This document shows, piece by piece, positions 19,934 through 31,499 of a stretch of DNA of 64,000 nt. The notes beneath the pieces are model-generated. The model saw only the letters and a list, made by a program, of their open reading frames with translations, searched no databases and was not told where the DNA came from. The stretch spans positions 64,001 to 128,000 of IMG/VR virus record IMGVR_UViG_3300021197_001635; one strand, given 5' to 3'. Both the position numbers and the translations under genes were made by a program. Each line of letters opens with the position of its first letter. Position 1 is the stretch's first letter. This DNA comes from a virus.

Positions 19934-20192
19934 ATGAAGAATAAAATCGTACTTGAAATCACATTAGAGAGCGAGGCCTATGTGGATGAGTTCAAATCGG
20001 ACCCCAACCGCACCATGGATCTATGCCCTATTGATATGATGAAAATGATTGCAGGACAATGTAGACTTCCTTGGATGACCCACGGTATTAAAACGGTCAG
20101 ATGGAAAGAGCAGAGTCAGGATGAACAATATGAATTCGATGTGTATCGACTTCAGTATGCATATGATGATATAGGACAAAAGGACAAGACCA

Positions 20193-20215
<23 letters not shown>
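19934..20215 (+). CDS. Hypothetical protein
   Basis: GAGG RBS; overlaps the guaB start. Confidence 0.55.
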
Positions 20216-22296
<2,081 letters not shown>

Positions 22297-22885
22297 TAGT
22301 ATTCTGAGATATATTCAGCAGCCATGTATGTGCATTCCCAGTATTGGGAGCCATAGCCGTCCCAGTGATTTAGACAGCCGCTAGTGTGCAACACGAGATT
22401 ATGCTAATAGCTCGGCATATCGTGTAACAAATCAAACAAATTTAAATACGTGCAAACGCCTCACGCCGCAAAGCCGCTGTGTGGGCGTTTGTTGTATCAT
22501 GAGCTAGAACAAATCAAATCAAATCGAAGTGCTCATGGATTTTACCAGGTGAACTGTTTGTGCATGTGTGCAAATCTGTGCACATTAGCTTTTGTGTAAT
22601 TAAGAATGCAACGCCGCATGCACGGCTGTTAGTACTGTCAGAATCAATTGAATCAGTGCAACATGGCTGCGGGCGCATAACCTTTATAATAATTGCAATA
22701 ATAAAAACAAAAAAAAATAGAGACTGGTGTATCCATGTATATCTGCAGTATGGATGTATATCTGGTGTATTTGAATGTAATGCACGCCTACGAAATATAT
22801 GGGGGGATATTCGCGGAGCGAGATATATACCCCTAGGGAACCCCCCCAACTAAACCACCCGATTCTCTGTGAGGCTCTGATTCCT

Positions 22886-22893
22886 TATAAATA
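22886..22893 (+). promoter_or_regulatory. T4-type late promoter
   Basis: TATAAATA at the start of the internal-protein-like array. Confidence 0.75.
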
Positions 22894-22984
22894 CATGCAG
22901 AAGACAATATACACCCCCTCGGCGGGGGGAAAACATATACTACCCAAGGGACCCACAATTTTTCCTAAAAAGGATATTTGAAAA

Positions 22985-23626
22985 ATGACAATCCAAAACA
23001 GAATTTACATGCAGAAGTTAATGGATAGCTTGAAAAGAGCAGAAGAAGATTTACTAAAGGAAAATATCGCGGGTATGCCCCCTGCTGGCGGTGGATCTCC
23101 TTTAGGTTCGATGCCCCCAGGCGGAATGAGACGTATCCCTGGAATGGGTAGTACACCATTCCGTAGTAAAAGGAATCCTGGAAGTAATACCGATCAAGTA
23201 CAGGGTGATAGATTCCCTGATAAGATGGATGTGATCAGTCAAGATGGTGGAGTAGGATTCCCACCATCATGGTGGTCAGAAGAAAACGGACCTTTCCAAG
23301 ATCAGACGCACCAGATGGCTGCATGGTTCCAGTGGTTGCATAATCATGGTGGACTCGAAGCATTCTTGCAGGGATACCAAGGTCAAGTCACCCCCGCTAT
23401 GGAATATTTCTGGGAGAACCTTGGTTATCTCTTGAATAACATGGAAAACTATTACGGGTGGGATCCAGATGGATGGAGTCCTTACATAACTGGTTATTTC
23501 AATCAGTTAATGGGTGCTATTAATAACTACAATGCTCATATGGCTGGTGGTTACATAGATAATCCCGATCCTTCCATCGACGGTGGGTTGACCAATGGAC
23601 TTGGTGCACCTCCTGCTGGTGGTTGA
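22985..23626 (+). CDS. Gly/Pro/Trp-rich low-complexity protein, candidate head internal protein
   Basis: Helical N-terminus ending LLKE, then M/P/G-rich and W/Y/N-rich segments. Confidence 0.65.
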   Translation: MTIQNRIYMQKLMDSLKRAEEDLLKENIAGMPPAGGGSPLGSMPPGGMRRIPGMGSTPFRSKRNPGSNTDQVQGDRFPDKMDVISQDGGVGFPPSWWSEENGPFQDQTHQMAAWFQWLHNHGGLEAFLQGYQGQVTPAMEYFWENLGYLLNNMENYYGWDPDGWSPYITGYFNQLMGAINNYNAHMAGGYIDNPDPSIDGGLTNGLGAPPAGG

Positions 23627-23677
23627 TAACCCCTTTCCTCTTCCGAAAGATTCGACCTTTAAAAAGGATGCTGAGAT

Positions 23678-24193
23678 ATGGGAATGTTCTTCGAAAACTT
23701 CGACCCAGTTGCGGGTGTTGCCGTGCCCGCAACTGGGGGATTGACTGTCAATGAAGCAAAGGGAGTGCCTATGAATCATAGGCAGACCTATCCTGGGAGA
23801 GAGAACCACCCCGCAGTTCCGCCTCCTTCCCAACAAGTGGATCGCTTCCGCTATGATGTCGAGTCAAGGCCAGATACGCCTGGCTCTCTAGATTGGTTAC
23901 AACAACTTCGGAAGCCCGACGCTCAACAGTGGTATGAGTTTCTGGTTCCAATAGAGTTCAGGGATCCGAGGTTCACGCTCGAAAGATTGCCACCCATGCC
24001 ACCAATCCCTCCCCAACAGCAGTTTAGTAACCCTGGACCTCTCCTACCCGATGACCCTTCAGATATTGGTGAGCCTGGACCACCACGTTTACCATATCAG
24101 CAACTTACACCGCCAGGAAATCAGGTAAATCCTACACCCATGACACCACAAGAAGTAAAAAACATGCTTAAAGACATGATGAGGAGAAAATAG
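23678..24193 (+). CDS. Pro-rich hypothetical protein
   Basis: AAGGA RBS; TVNE-A then P/Q-rich body. Confidence 0.6.
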   Translation: MGMFFENFDPVAGVAVPATGGLTVNEAKGVPMNHRQTYPGRENHPAVPPPSQQVDRFRYDVESRPDTPGSLDWLQQLRKPDAQQWYEFLVPIEFRDPRFTLERLPPMPPIPPQQQFSNPGPLLPDDPSDIGEPGPPRLPYQQLTPPGNQVNPTPMTPQEVKNMLKDMMRRK

Positions 24194-24194
24194 A

Positions 24195-24638
24195 ATGAGC
24201 ATCTATAGGAAAAATGATAATATCAAAAGCCTAACAGAGGCATACAAGGGAATGTTCTCCCCTGAGAAATCGAACGATCCCATCGCAGATGATTATGCAG
24301 CATCGCAAAATGAAACATATATGGCGCCCAACGCAAATTCACCAATGATGAATGATAAACCAGCATCACTCTCTAAGGGTGATATGGGTTCTAAGATGCC
24401 TGATCAATCCGTCTCCCAACCCCCAGAAGGCGGTTTGGACATGTTAGGTACATACACTGAGTCTTTCTTGGACTGGTTCTTATGGTTTATGGAAAATCAG
24501 GACTCTCTTGATTTTAACAACATGGGTTCTTACATGCAGCAAATATACAATATAATTGGTAATTCTGTTCCAAACGGTCAGTTTAACCAAGATTCATTGA
24601 ACCACATACTAGCAAACTGGGGGCAACCTTACGTATGA
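24195..24638 (+). CDS. Low-complexity protein with MSIYRKNDNIKSLTEAY leader
   Basis: First 50 nt identical to those of 24635. Confidence 0.7.
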   Translation: MSIYRKNDNIKSLTEAYKGMFSPEKSNDPIADDYAASQNETYMAPNANSPMMNDKPASLSKGDMGSKMPDQSVSQPPEGGLDMLGTYTESFLDWFLWFMENQDSLDFNNMGSYMQQIYNIIGNSVPNGQFNQDSLNHILANWGQPYV

Positions 24639-24976
24639 GCATCTATAGGAAAAATGATAATATCAAAAGCCTAACAGAGGCATATAATAAAATGTATTCT
24701 TCTGATGAAGATGTTCAGGGCATTGAAGAAATTCATGATATGCCAGACCGTCTAGGTCCAGATGGAGTGCCGAATTCACCTAGCACCCCACAAACACCCA
24801 AGAGGATTAAAGAGCCTGGAGTTCCTAGACCACCCATTAGTCCTATTACCAATCCAACTCATCCGAACGCACCCCCACCACCAGTGATTAAACCACAACT
24901 CCCGTTGGATCGACTAATCCCAGACCTGCTGGACCTTTGGGACAAGATGACCAGTCCATACCGTTTTAGGCGATAG
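24635..24976 (+). CDS. Pro-rich protein with MSIYRKNDNIKSLTEAY leader
   Basis: Duplicated leader, ATGA coupling. Confidence 0.7.
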   Translation: MSIYRKNDNIKSLTEAYNKMYSSDEDVQGIEEIHDMPDRLGPDGVPNSPSTPQTPKRIKEPGVPRPPISPITNPTHPNAPPPPVIKPQLPLDRLIPDLLDLWDKMTSPYRFRR

Positions 24977-24997
24977 GGTATTCAAACCTATTGAGAT

Positions 24998-25005
24998 TAT
25001 AAATA
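24998..25005 (+). promoter_or_regulatory. T4-type late promoter
   Basis: TATAAATA. Confidence 0.7.
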
Positions 25006-25009
25006 ATGT

Positions 25010-25282
25010 GTGAAAGGAAACAATAATAATCAATGATTAGAGATACCTCTTCACAATCAAATACCATAACAAGACAGGACGGTGTGCCATGCGAAAGCGG
25101 GTACGCCGTCCTTTCTTATAAGGATTTCTCCTACGGTCCGAGCAAGATAGGCAGTGCGCCAGTCGTTACGCTATCCATGCAAGGTGAGGGTGTATCAGAC
25201 CCTCACTAAGGAACTTCGCTACCTTTGGACCGTCATTCATAGTAGGCAACCCCTTGACCTTTGTCAGGGGGTTGTCTTTTTT
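25010..25282 (+). ncRNA. Candidate structured late sRNA
   Basis: Bounded by a late promoter and a terminator; GAAA-capped hairpin 25076-25112; multibranch domain closed by 25133-41/25225-33. Confidence 0.45.
25244..25282 (+). terminator. Intrinsic terminator
   Basis: AGGCAACCCCTTGAC-cttt-GTCAGGGGGTTGTCT plus T run. Confidence 0.8.
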
Positions 25283-25319
25283 ATATATAAAGGAGAACAT
25301 ACCCTAGGAGACTCCCTAT

Positions 25320-26690
25320 ATGAAGAATTTCAAACAGTTTGTCTTGACAGAGGCTAGAGGATTCTTCATGGGTCACCACATAGGTGATGATGTGGTGTTC
25401 AAATCAGGATCTTATGCTAGTGCTGGGTCTTTCACCATTGTTTCTCATGACATGGTATCGGACATTCACTCCAAGGTGGATGGTTATGTTCAAAAAGGTT
25501 ATGAGGTTGCACAACAATGGACTGGTCCAGATAAAGAGATCACTGATACTAGTAAGGTAGATAGTTATAATGATGGTAGAATCATAGTATTAGATAGCCA
25601 GAAGAAAAAAGTCATAGTGGTCATATTTGGCAAGGGTAAAAATTCTGGTGCATCACCTAGAAGATTCAACCTTAGATACTCAACAAGCACAGAATCGCTA
25701 GACCTTAAACCTCAATCATTGGGTCTGAAAGAGAAGCCCTATGGTATGGATTCTTTCGCTAATACTGTAATAAATGCGGTCCTCGACAGGAAAGATTTAG
25801 ACCCAGCAGTCAAGGGTTATCTCGAACTTCTAGTTGAGTATTATTGGAATAATTATAGCAATGAAGTGGCAAACGACATCAAGAATGAGTATGGTGATGT
25901 CCTCAGTAGCATGCCCATGGGTCAGATTAAGAAGAACTTCGGTGAAATAATAGGTCCCTTAGCAATTCTTGCAAGCAAATCCGTACTGTTCAAATCAATG
26001 AAATTCAATAAAAGAGACAAAATACTCTTGCCTTTAAGGGGTAACGAGGAACTGGTAGACTTCTATCTTGTGAAAGACGGGAGACAAATACCTTTCTCTG
26101 CCAAGTCTGGAAGATCTACTACCAACTTGGTAAAGCCAGGCAATATAGTGTCACTGATTGATGCTAACCCCTCCTTCAAGAGGAAATACGGTAGGTCTCT
26201 GGAAGTCAAGGTTATGAAAGACCTTGCCAGCAACGTAGCAACTGATGGACCCATGGTAGCAGCATATAACCTTAACAAATCTATCAAGGAATTCAAGAAG
26301 ATCTCCAAGGAGATGCTAGACCATTGGACTTCTACCTCCAGTAGGAAGGGCAGAGATTGGAAGTATATCCCCGAGTTATATGATGACTATGCTTCGGCTA
26401 TCGGATTGAACACCAGCGGAAGAAAGAAACCAACGTTTGGTGAAATACTCTATTACACCGAAACAACCCTCGCTAGAGCAAGCAAGGGTGGGATATTAGA
26501 CTACTCAGAGATGTTCAATGAGGTGGTAGGTGGTGCAGTCAACTACATCAACCTAGTCAAGATGGATAAAAACGGTCTACCAGTGTGGGAGACCTCAGAA
26601 GGTGGAAGATCAACTGCCCATTTGAGAACTAAAAATGGAACTACTAGGATCGCAACAGACAAAGTTGGTTTACAAGTACATACAGGGTAA
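25320..26690 (+). CDS. PD-(D/E)xK restriction-like nuclease with capsid-targeting-like leader
   Basis: MKNFKQFVLTE-A; FGEIIGP..ELVDFYL..PFSAKSG. Confidence 0.6.
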   Translation: MKNFKQFVLTEARGFFMGHHIGDDVVFKSGSYASAGSFTIVSHDMVSDIHSKVDGYVQKGYEVAQQWTGPDKEITDTSKVDSYNDGRIIVLDSQKKKVIVVIFGKGKNSGASPRRFNLRYSTSTESLDLKPQSLGLKEKPYGMDSFANTVINAVLDRKDLDPAVKGYLELLVEYYWNNYSNEVANDIKNEYGDVLSSMPMGQIKKNFGEIIGPLAILASKSVLFKSMKFNKRDKILLPLRGNEELVDFYLVKDGRQIPFSAKSGRSTTNLVKPGNIVSLIDANPSFKRKYGRSLEVKVMKDLASNVATDGPMVAAYNLNKSIKEFKKISKEMLDHWTSTSSRKGRDWKYIPELYDDYASAIGLNTSGRKKPTFGEILYYTETTLARASKGGILDYSEMFNEVVGGAVNYINLVKMDKNGLPVWETSEGGRSTAHLRTKNGTTRIATDKVGLQVHTG

Positions 26691-26693
26691 TAA

Positions 26694-27239
26694 ATGAATA
26701 GATTTATATGGTTCAATACTGACGAAGAGACTATAACACTTGAAACAAGATCTTATAAATCTCATATGGCTGGATGGCATGCATTAGTGGCAGTTCAAAA
26801 TCCTGATTCTATGGGTTTTGACCAGTCTGTGATTATGGATTTGCTGGGAGAGGAAAGATATAATACACTAGCAGGAATACCGATCGAAAGTGCATTCTCT
26901 GGTGATAACAAGAAGAAATTGCAACAAATGGAAGATTATGAGAGACCGATAGAATCCTTGATTTACAAAGAAAGACCAATGATGGTGAAGGCTAGGAGAT
27001 CTTTAGATTCTCACAGCGGTAAAAACTGCTGGTTTATCACATCCACAGATAAGGATAAGGCTAGAATATTTCTAAAGCGGATGGGTGGAGAGATGAAAGA
27101 CAGAGATATTATTATGATATCTACCCTGTCTAAGGAAGTGGATAAAGAGTTCACATGTAGAGAATCGGCGATAAGACATCTAGAAGGAAGAAAGAGATCT
27201 ATTATAGGTGAAAGAATGGAACAGATAAGGAACTTATAG
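26694..27239 (+). CDS. Hypothetical protein, similar to the N-terminal domain of 27244
   Basis: HALVAVQNPDSM vs HVQYIANNPSKF; IIGERMEQIR vs EIGRTMKMFR. Confidence 0.6.
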   Translation: MNRFIWFNTDEETITLETRSYKSHMAGWHALVAVQNPDSMGFDQSVIMDLLGEERYNTLAGIPIESAFSGDNKKKLQQMEDYERPIESLIYKERPMMVKARRSLDSHSGKNCWFITSTDKDKARIFLKRMGGEMKDRDIIMISTLSKEVDKEFTCRESAIRHLEGRKRSIIGERMEQIRNL

Positions 27240-27243
27240 CACT

Positions 27244-28608
27244 ATGAATGAGAATCTCAATAAAGGCACAAATAAAGACCACGGTTCCTCATCGGGCAAA
27301 TTCGTCAAAGGTTGGGTTCATCCCTCTGGTAAGGTATATGTGTGGAACAAGATGGAACCGTATCATGTTCAGTATATTGCTAATAATCCTAGCAAGTTTA
27401 GACTCAAAGAGCAAGATATACTAGACCATCTAATAGAAAGATATGAAGACTATGGTGTTAACCAACCAGCTACATCAGCAAGAAGCGAGATGATCAATCT
27501 TAAGAATGGTCGTACTGATATTGATAGAAAAGTAGAATTGATGGTGATAAAAAAGGGTTGGTGTAGATTTGTGCTTGATGATGACTGGGGGGGTCTCAGA
27601 GGTATCAAAAATAAAGACATACACAAATGTGCCAAGATATTGTTCGACAAGATGGAAAGAAGGTTCACCAAAAGTTTTGGACTAGAGGTGAATATAATAG
27701 ATGCTAGGCTTGGGGACTATAATTACCGAAAAGGTAAATATCTGGCCCACGACATGCTAAGGGCATGGGTAAACGGTAAACAACCAGACCCCCATAGTGT
27801 TCAATTAAGGAAGCATACCGAAATAGGAAGGACTATGAAAATGTTCAGGGGTCATGACTGGGACGAGCCAGTAAAGATTTATAGTAGTCACATACCTTTA
27901 TCGTTCAAAGAATGGTTGAAAGAATCCGTGGAAATGAAAGACGGAAAGTATGTTACCGTGAAGCAGTTTAACTCTGAGGATGCGGCTATGGCATCTATAG
28001 AGAATGCAGAAGGTCTTATTGACCACATGAAGATTATGGATTCTGTATATACTATGGTGTTCGATAGTGAAGACCACAAAGAGAAGTTCGTAAAAGATCA
28101 TGAATTTAATCTTATGGGGGAATCAACCACACATGATTCTAACTCAATTAGTGAGAAGAGCAGTAGAGCAGAGATAGAAGGTGCTATGGAGTGGTGGCAT
28201 GGCGAAATCACTGCATCCAGTAAGAGAGATAGAGCCGCTATGGGGTATGGTAGACCTGAGCATATTAGGGAACTAATCAAAAGACCTGTGCCTAATCTTA
28301 AATATCATATTAAGATGTATAATGCTTACCTAGACGAATACGGTCCTTTTGATGAAGTACCATCCAGATTAGAAGAGGCAAGAAGATTTACACCATCTGG
28401 TACATTCCAATTTCCTAGTGCAAACCAAGCAAAAGATTTCATGAGTGATATTTCAAGAGAAGGAAGAGGGAATATCCAAACTCAACACAGATTTGAACAA
28501 GGTTATGGCAGGAAGAATATAATCGATGTAAAATGGTCAGGCACTATGGATAGAGTAGTATATGACGTTCTTAGAAAATATAATGGCCGTGCATGGACTC
28601 AAGGGTAG
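27244..28608 (+). CDS. Multi-module putative internal polyprotein
   Basis: Internal LSFKEWLKE-S, LMGE-S, ISE-K and RLEE-A sites. Confidence 0.6.
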   Translation: MNENLNKGTNKDHGSSSGKFVKGWVHPSGKVYVWNKMEPYHVQYIANNPSKFRLKEQDILDHLIERYEDYGVNQPATSARSEMINLKNGRTDIDRKVELMVIKKGWCRFVLDDDWGGLRGIKNKDIHKCAKILFDKMERRFTKSFGLEVNIIDARLGDYNYRKGKYLAHDMLRAWVNGKQPDPHSVQLRKHTEIGRTMKMFRGHDWDEPVKIYSSHIPLSFKEWLKESVEMKDGKYVTVKQFNSEDAAMASIENAEGLIDHMKIMDSVYTMVFDSEDHKEKFVKDHEFNLMGESTTHDSNSISEKSSRAEIEGAMEWWHGEITASSKRDRAAMGYGRPEHIRELIKRPVPNLKYHIKMYNAYLDEYGPFDEVPSRLEEARRFTPSGTFQFPSANQAKDFMSDISREGRGNIQTQHRFEQGYGRKNIIDVKWSGTMDRVVYDVLRKYNGRAWTQG

Positions 28609-28615
28609 GACCTTA

Positions 28616-29275
28616 ATGAAATCATTTAAGCAATTCATACTAGAGACATATGCTGATTCTGGCATAGGCAAGTGGATGAGACAGTCTGCTGGGGGATCAC
28701 CAGGCTGGGATAGGTATGGTACTAGCGGACAAAAACTGGGTAAATGTGGGGATGCAAAAGAGGGAGATGCATACTCTGCATGCTTATCTGCTAGCAAGGC
28801 TAAGAAATTGGGTAAAGATGGAATAGCATCATATGTTAGAAGAAAAAGGGATGCACAGAAGAAGTCTGGCGACTCTTCCAAAGGTGGTGAGGAAAAGAAG
28901 GGTCAGAAACCAGTATATGTCAAGACAGAGAGTAAAGAGCCTGGTAAGGACTATCATGAAAAGATGGCAGATAAGTTGAGGAAAGCAGGATTTGACCTGA
29001 GGAAACCAATCAGCAGGAAAAAAGCATGGGATGTCATCGGAAGTATGGCAGTTAGCAGGCTTGCTGACAAAGGATATATAGATATAGAGGGTGGTGAGGG
29101 TAGACAGAAAAGAGAATCTGTTATAGAGTCTGACAACAAGCCTACCAACCCATCTCTATGGAAGAAAGCATTATCTAAGGCTAGATCTAAATTCGATGTA
29201 TTCCCATCAGCATATGCTAGTGCTTGGGCATCAAAGTGGTACAAAGAACAAGGTGGAGGTTGGAAAAAGAAATGA
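28616..29275 (+). CDS. Basic protein with capsid-targeting-like leader and DUF5872-like C-terminal module
   Basis: MKSFKQFILE-T; KPTNPSLW..PSAYASAWASKWYKEQGGGW. Confidence 0.7.
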   Translation: MKSFKQFILETYADSGIGKWMRQSAGGSPGWDRYGTSGQKLGKCGDAKEGDAYSACLSASKAKKLGKDGIASYVRRKRDAQKKSGDSSKGGEEKKGQKPVYVKTESKEPGKDYHEKMADKLRKAGFDLRKPISRKKAWDVIGSMAVSRLADKGYIDIEGGEGRQKRESVIESDNKPTNPSLWKKALSKARSKFDVFPSAYASAWASKWYKEQGGGWKKK

Positions 29276-29931
29276 AATCATTTAAGCAATTCATAAAAGA
29301 GCAGCAAATGGGTGGTGGACCTCCAGGCGGTTTCCCAGACGATTTGCCTGATTGGCCAGAAGAAGATATGTGGGATACTATAAACGATGATGGGACTTGG
29401 ACTTCTGGAGGATATACTTGGTATATTCGAGATGGTCAACTATATGTATACATAGATGGAGAATGGTACTTGCGTGGTGCTTCACTAGACACTGGTGAAG
29501 ACGAAGATTCGACCGCAAATGGACGAGATGGGATAGACTGGCGTGATAGTTATGGTCTCCTGTTCCAGATTCTTATAGATTTGGGATATAGTATTAAAGA
29601 AATACGTGAACTGGGCATTCCAGTCCCTGAACATGAGCCATGGGAGGACCCCAAGGACGACCCTGATTACGACCCAAATGTGGATGGGATACCACCTTGG
29701 TGGGACCAACCAAATAACCCCCCACCACCTCTCCCCGATGGAACTGATCCTGTTTATCTAGAGGATGGTCCATATGGACCAGGCTGGTACTATGATGATG
29801 AATTTACTCCAGTTCTTCCAGAAGATTATGAATCAGGCATGATGTCTAATTATGGACCATCTGGGGTAGCGGCCATGCCTTCATCTATACCATCGCTTAC
29901 ACCTAATATCAAGGGTGGAGGACCCAAATGA
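29272..29931 (+). CDS. Acidic Pro/Trp-rich protein with capsid-targeting-like leader
   Basis: MKSFKQFIKE-Q; D/P/W/G-rich body. Confidence 0.7.
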   Translation: MKSFKQFIKEQQMGGGPPGGFPDDLPDWPEEDMWDTINDDGTWTSGGYTWYIRDGQLYVYIDGEWYLRGASLDTGEDEDSTANGRDGIDWRDSYGLLFQILIDLGYSIKEIRELGIPVPEHEPWEDPKDDPDYDPNVDGIPPWWDQPNNPPPPLPDGTDPVYLEDGPYGPGWYYDDEFTPVLPEDYESGMMSNYGPSGVAAMPSSIPSLTPNIKGGGPK

Positions 29932-30884
29932 AGTCATTTAAGCAATTCATCATAACTAAGGCAGATATAGACAGTATCACATATGGTACTCCTACCGTCC
30001 AACAGCAAGAGAGAATGGACAAGGAACTGGAGTATTTTGATGACAGTATATATGACCTAGTTACGATGGGGTGTGCACCGAGCAATACCAGCGACACTAC
30101 CAAGAAAGAATTGTATTACCTACACAGGGTAGAAAAAAACGAAGAAATGTTTGAAAAGTATGACATGCATTTTTCTCCCTCTATATTCGGTTATGCTAGA
30201 GATAATGGTCTAGACTTTGATGAAGAAGAACTTAGACGGATAAAAAGAGAAGCATCTAACATATTGCTACACGTAAAATTCCACTTTAACAGGCCTAGAC
30301 CTTATCAGATAGCGGACTCCCTTGGTATGGAGCTAGACCACATGAATACCGAATCTGGTCACACACCCTCATACCCCAGCGGGCATGCAGGTTTGGCAAG
30401 GCTATTGGCACTGCTGATTGCTAAAGACAACCCAGATTATAAAGACGAACTAATCGCCATCGCGGATGAGATAGCCTTATCTAGAGAGATAGGCGCTGTT
30501 CATTTTCCCTCAGACAATGATTTTGGTAAAGAAGTTGCCAATATAATGTATAGCGAACTCACTGGTGAGGAATTGCAGGAATGTGATTGCGGTTGTGATG
30601 AGCGTTTAGATGAGGCAGAATACCAAGGCAAGAAGGTAACATTAAATAAGCCTTTTAGAACGCCTGGAGAATCTAAGAAATTTGCAGTTTATGCCAAGAA
30701 TGATAAAGATAAAGTGGTAATTGTTCGATTTGGTGACCCGAATATGGAAATCAAGAGGGATGACCCGAAGAGATTAAAAGCATATCGCTCAAGAATGGGT
30801 TGCGACACCGATCCAGGACCCAAATGGAAAGCAAACTACTGGTCTTGTTATCAGTGGAGAGCTGGTGCAAAAGTAGACGACTAA
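29928..30884 (+). CDS. PAP2/haloperoxidase-family phosphatase plus basic C-terminal module, with capsid-targeting-like leader
   Basis: MKSFKQFI; KFHFNRPRP, PSYPSGH, SREIGAVHFPSD; after RLDE-A a module VRFGDPNM..ANYWSC. Confidence 0.8.
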   Translation: MKSFKQFIITKADIDSITYGTPTVQQQERMDKELEYFDDSIYDLVTMGCAPSNTSDTTKKELYYLHRVEKNEEMFEKYDMHFSPSIFGYARDNGLDFDEEELRRIKREASNILLHVKFHFNRPRPYQIADSLGMELDHMNTESGHTPSYPSGHAGLARLLALLIAKDNPDYKDELIAIADEIALSREIGAVHFPSDNDFGKEVANIMYSELTGEELQECDCGCDERLDEAEYQGKKVTLNKPFRTPGESKKFAVYAKNDKDKVVIVRFGDPNMEIKRDDPKRLKAYRSRMGCDTDPGPKWKANYWSCYQWRAGAKVDD

Positions 30885-30925
30885 TTCGGAGGTAGGTGAT
30901 ATGTTCATCATGAAAAAAGAATCAT

Positions 30926-31144
30926 ATGACAATAGACTGGATAGACGTAGCACTAACACTCCTAACTACGGGGTTTTTTTCCCTAATAGGGTTTGTATGG
31001 AAATACTCACATAAGGTAACAGCATTGGAAAAAGATGTTGCTGATAATAAGAGAAGAATAAGGAAAATGGAATCTGACCACGACAAGGTAATGGACAAAA
31101 TGTATTCTATTGTGAAATCCCGTGGGGACTTTCAAATCAAATAG
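30926..31144 (+). CDS. Small TM plus coiled-coil protein (holin/XhlA-like)
   Basis: N-terminal TM, C-terminal heptads. Confidence 0.55.
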   Translation: MTIDWIDVALTLLTTGFFSLIGFVWKYSHKVTALEKDVADNKRRIRKMESDHDKVMDKMYSIVKSRGDFQIK

Positions 31145-31154
31145 GGGTACTCAA

Positions 31155-31499
31155 ATGGAAAAATCAACCAATAAAGAAGAATGTTCAGTGTGTCGTGAAA
31201 AAGATGTAGAGAGACTCAAGTTCGAACTACATAAATGTAAAGATGCAGGTAAGGTTAAAGATAAGAAGATTAAACAGTTAGACAAAAAGGTGTTCGTACT
31301 CACTTTCATAGCAGTCGCTATTGGTGCTATTTTTGGTAAGGAAGTGTTAGATACAGTCATTGAATGGTTGGAATCAATCGGCAGTTTTAATTCTGGTGTT
31401 AATCACATAACTCATACTGGGGTATATCCAGCGCCTGGAACATTGGCAGTATTTGCACTACCAGTAATCATGGGAAGAAGAAGCAGGAAGAGAAAATGA
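31155..31499 (+). CDS. Membrane protein with PEP-CTERM-like (PAPG) sorting tail
   Basis: Central TM; C-terminus VYPAPGTLAVFALPVIMGRRSRKRK. Confidence 0.7.
   Translation: MEKSTNKEECSVCREKDVERLKFELHKCKDAGKVKDKKIKQLDKKVFVLTFIAVAIGAIFGKEVLDTVIEWLESIGSFNSGVNHITHTGVYPAPGTLAVFALPVIMGRRSRKRK

Noticed and set aside
22514-22853. ORFs 22560-22853 (+) and 22514-22849 (-)
   Set aside because: No RBS and atypical composition; treated as non-coding.
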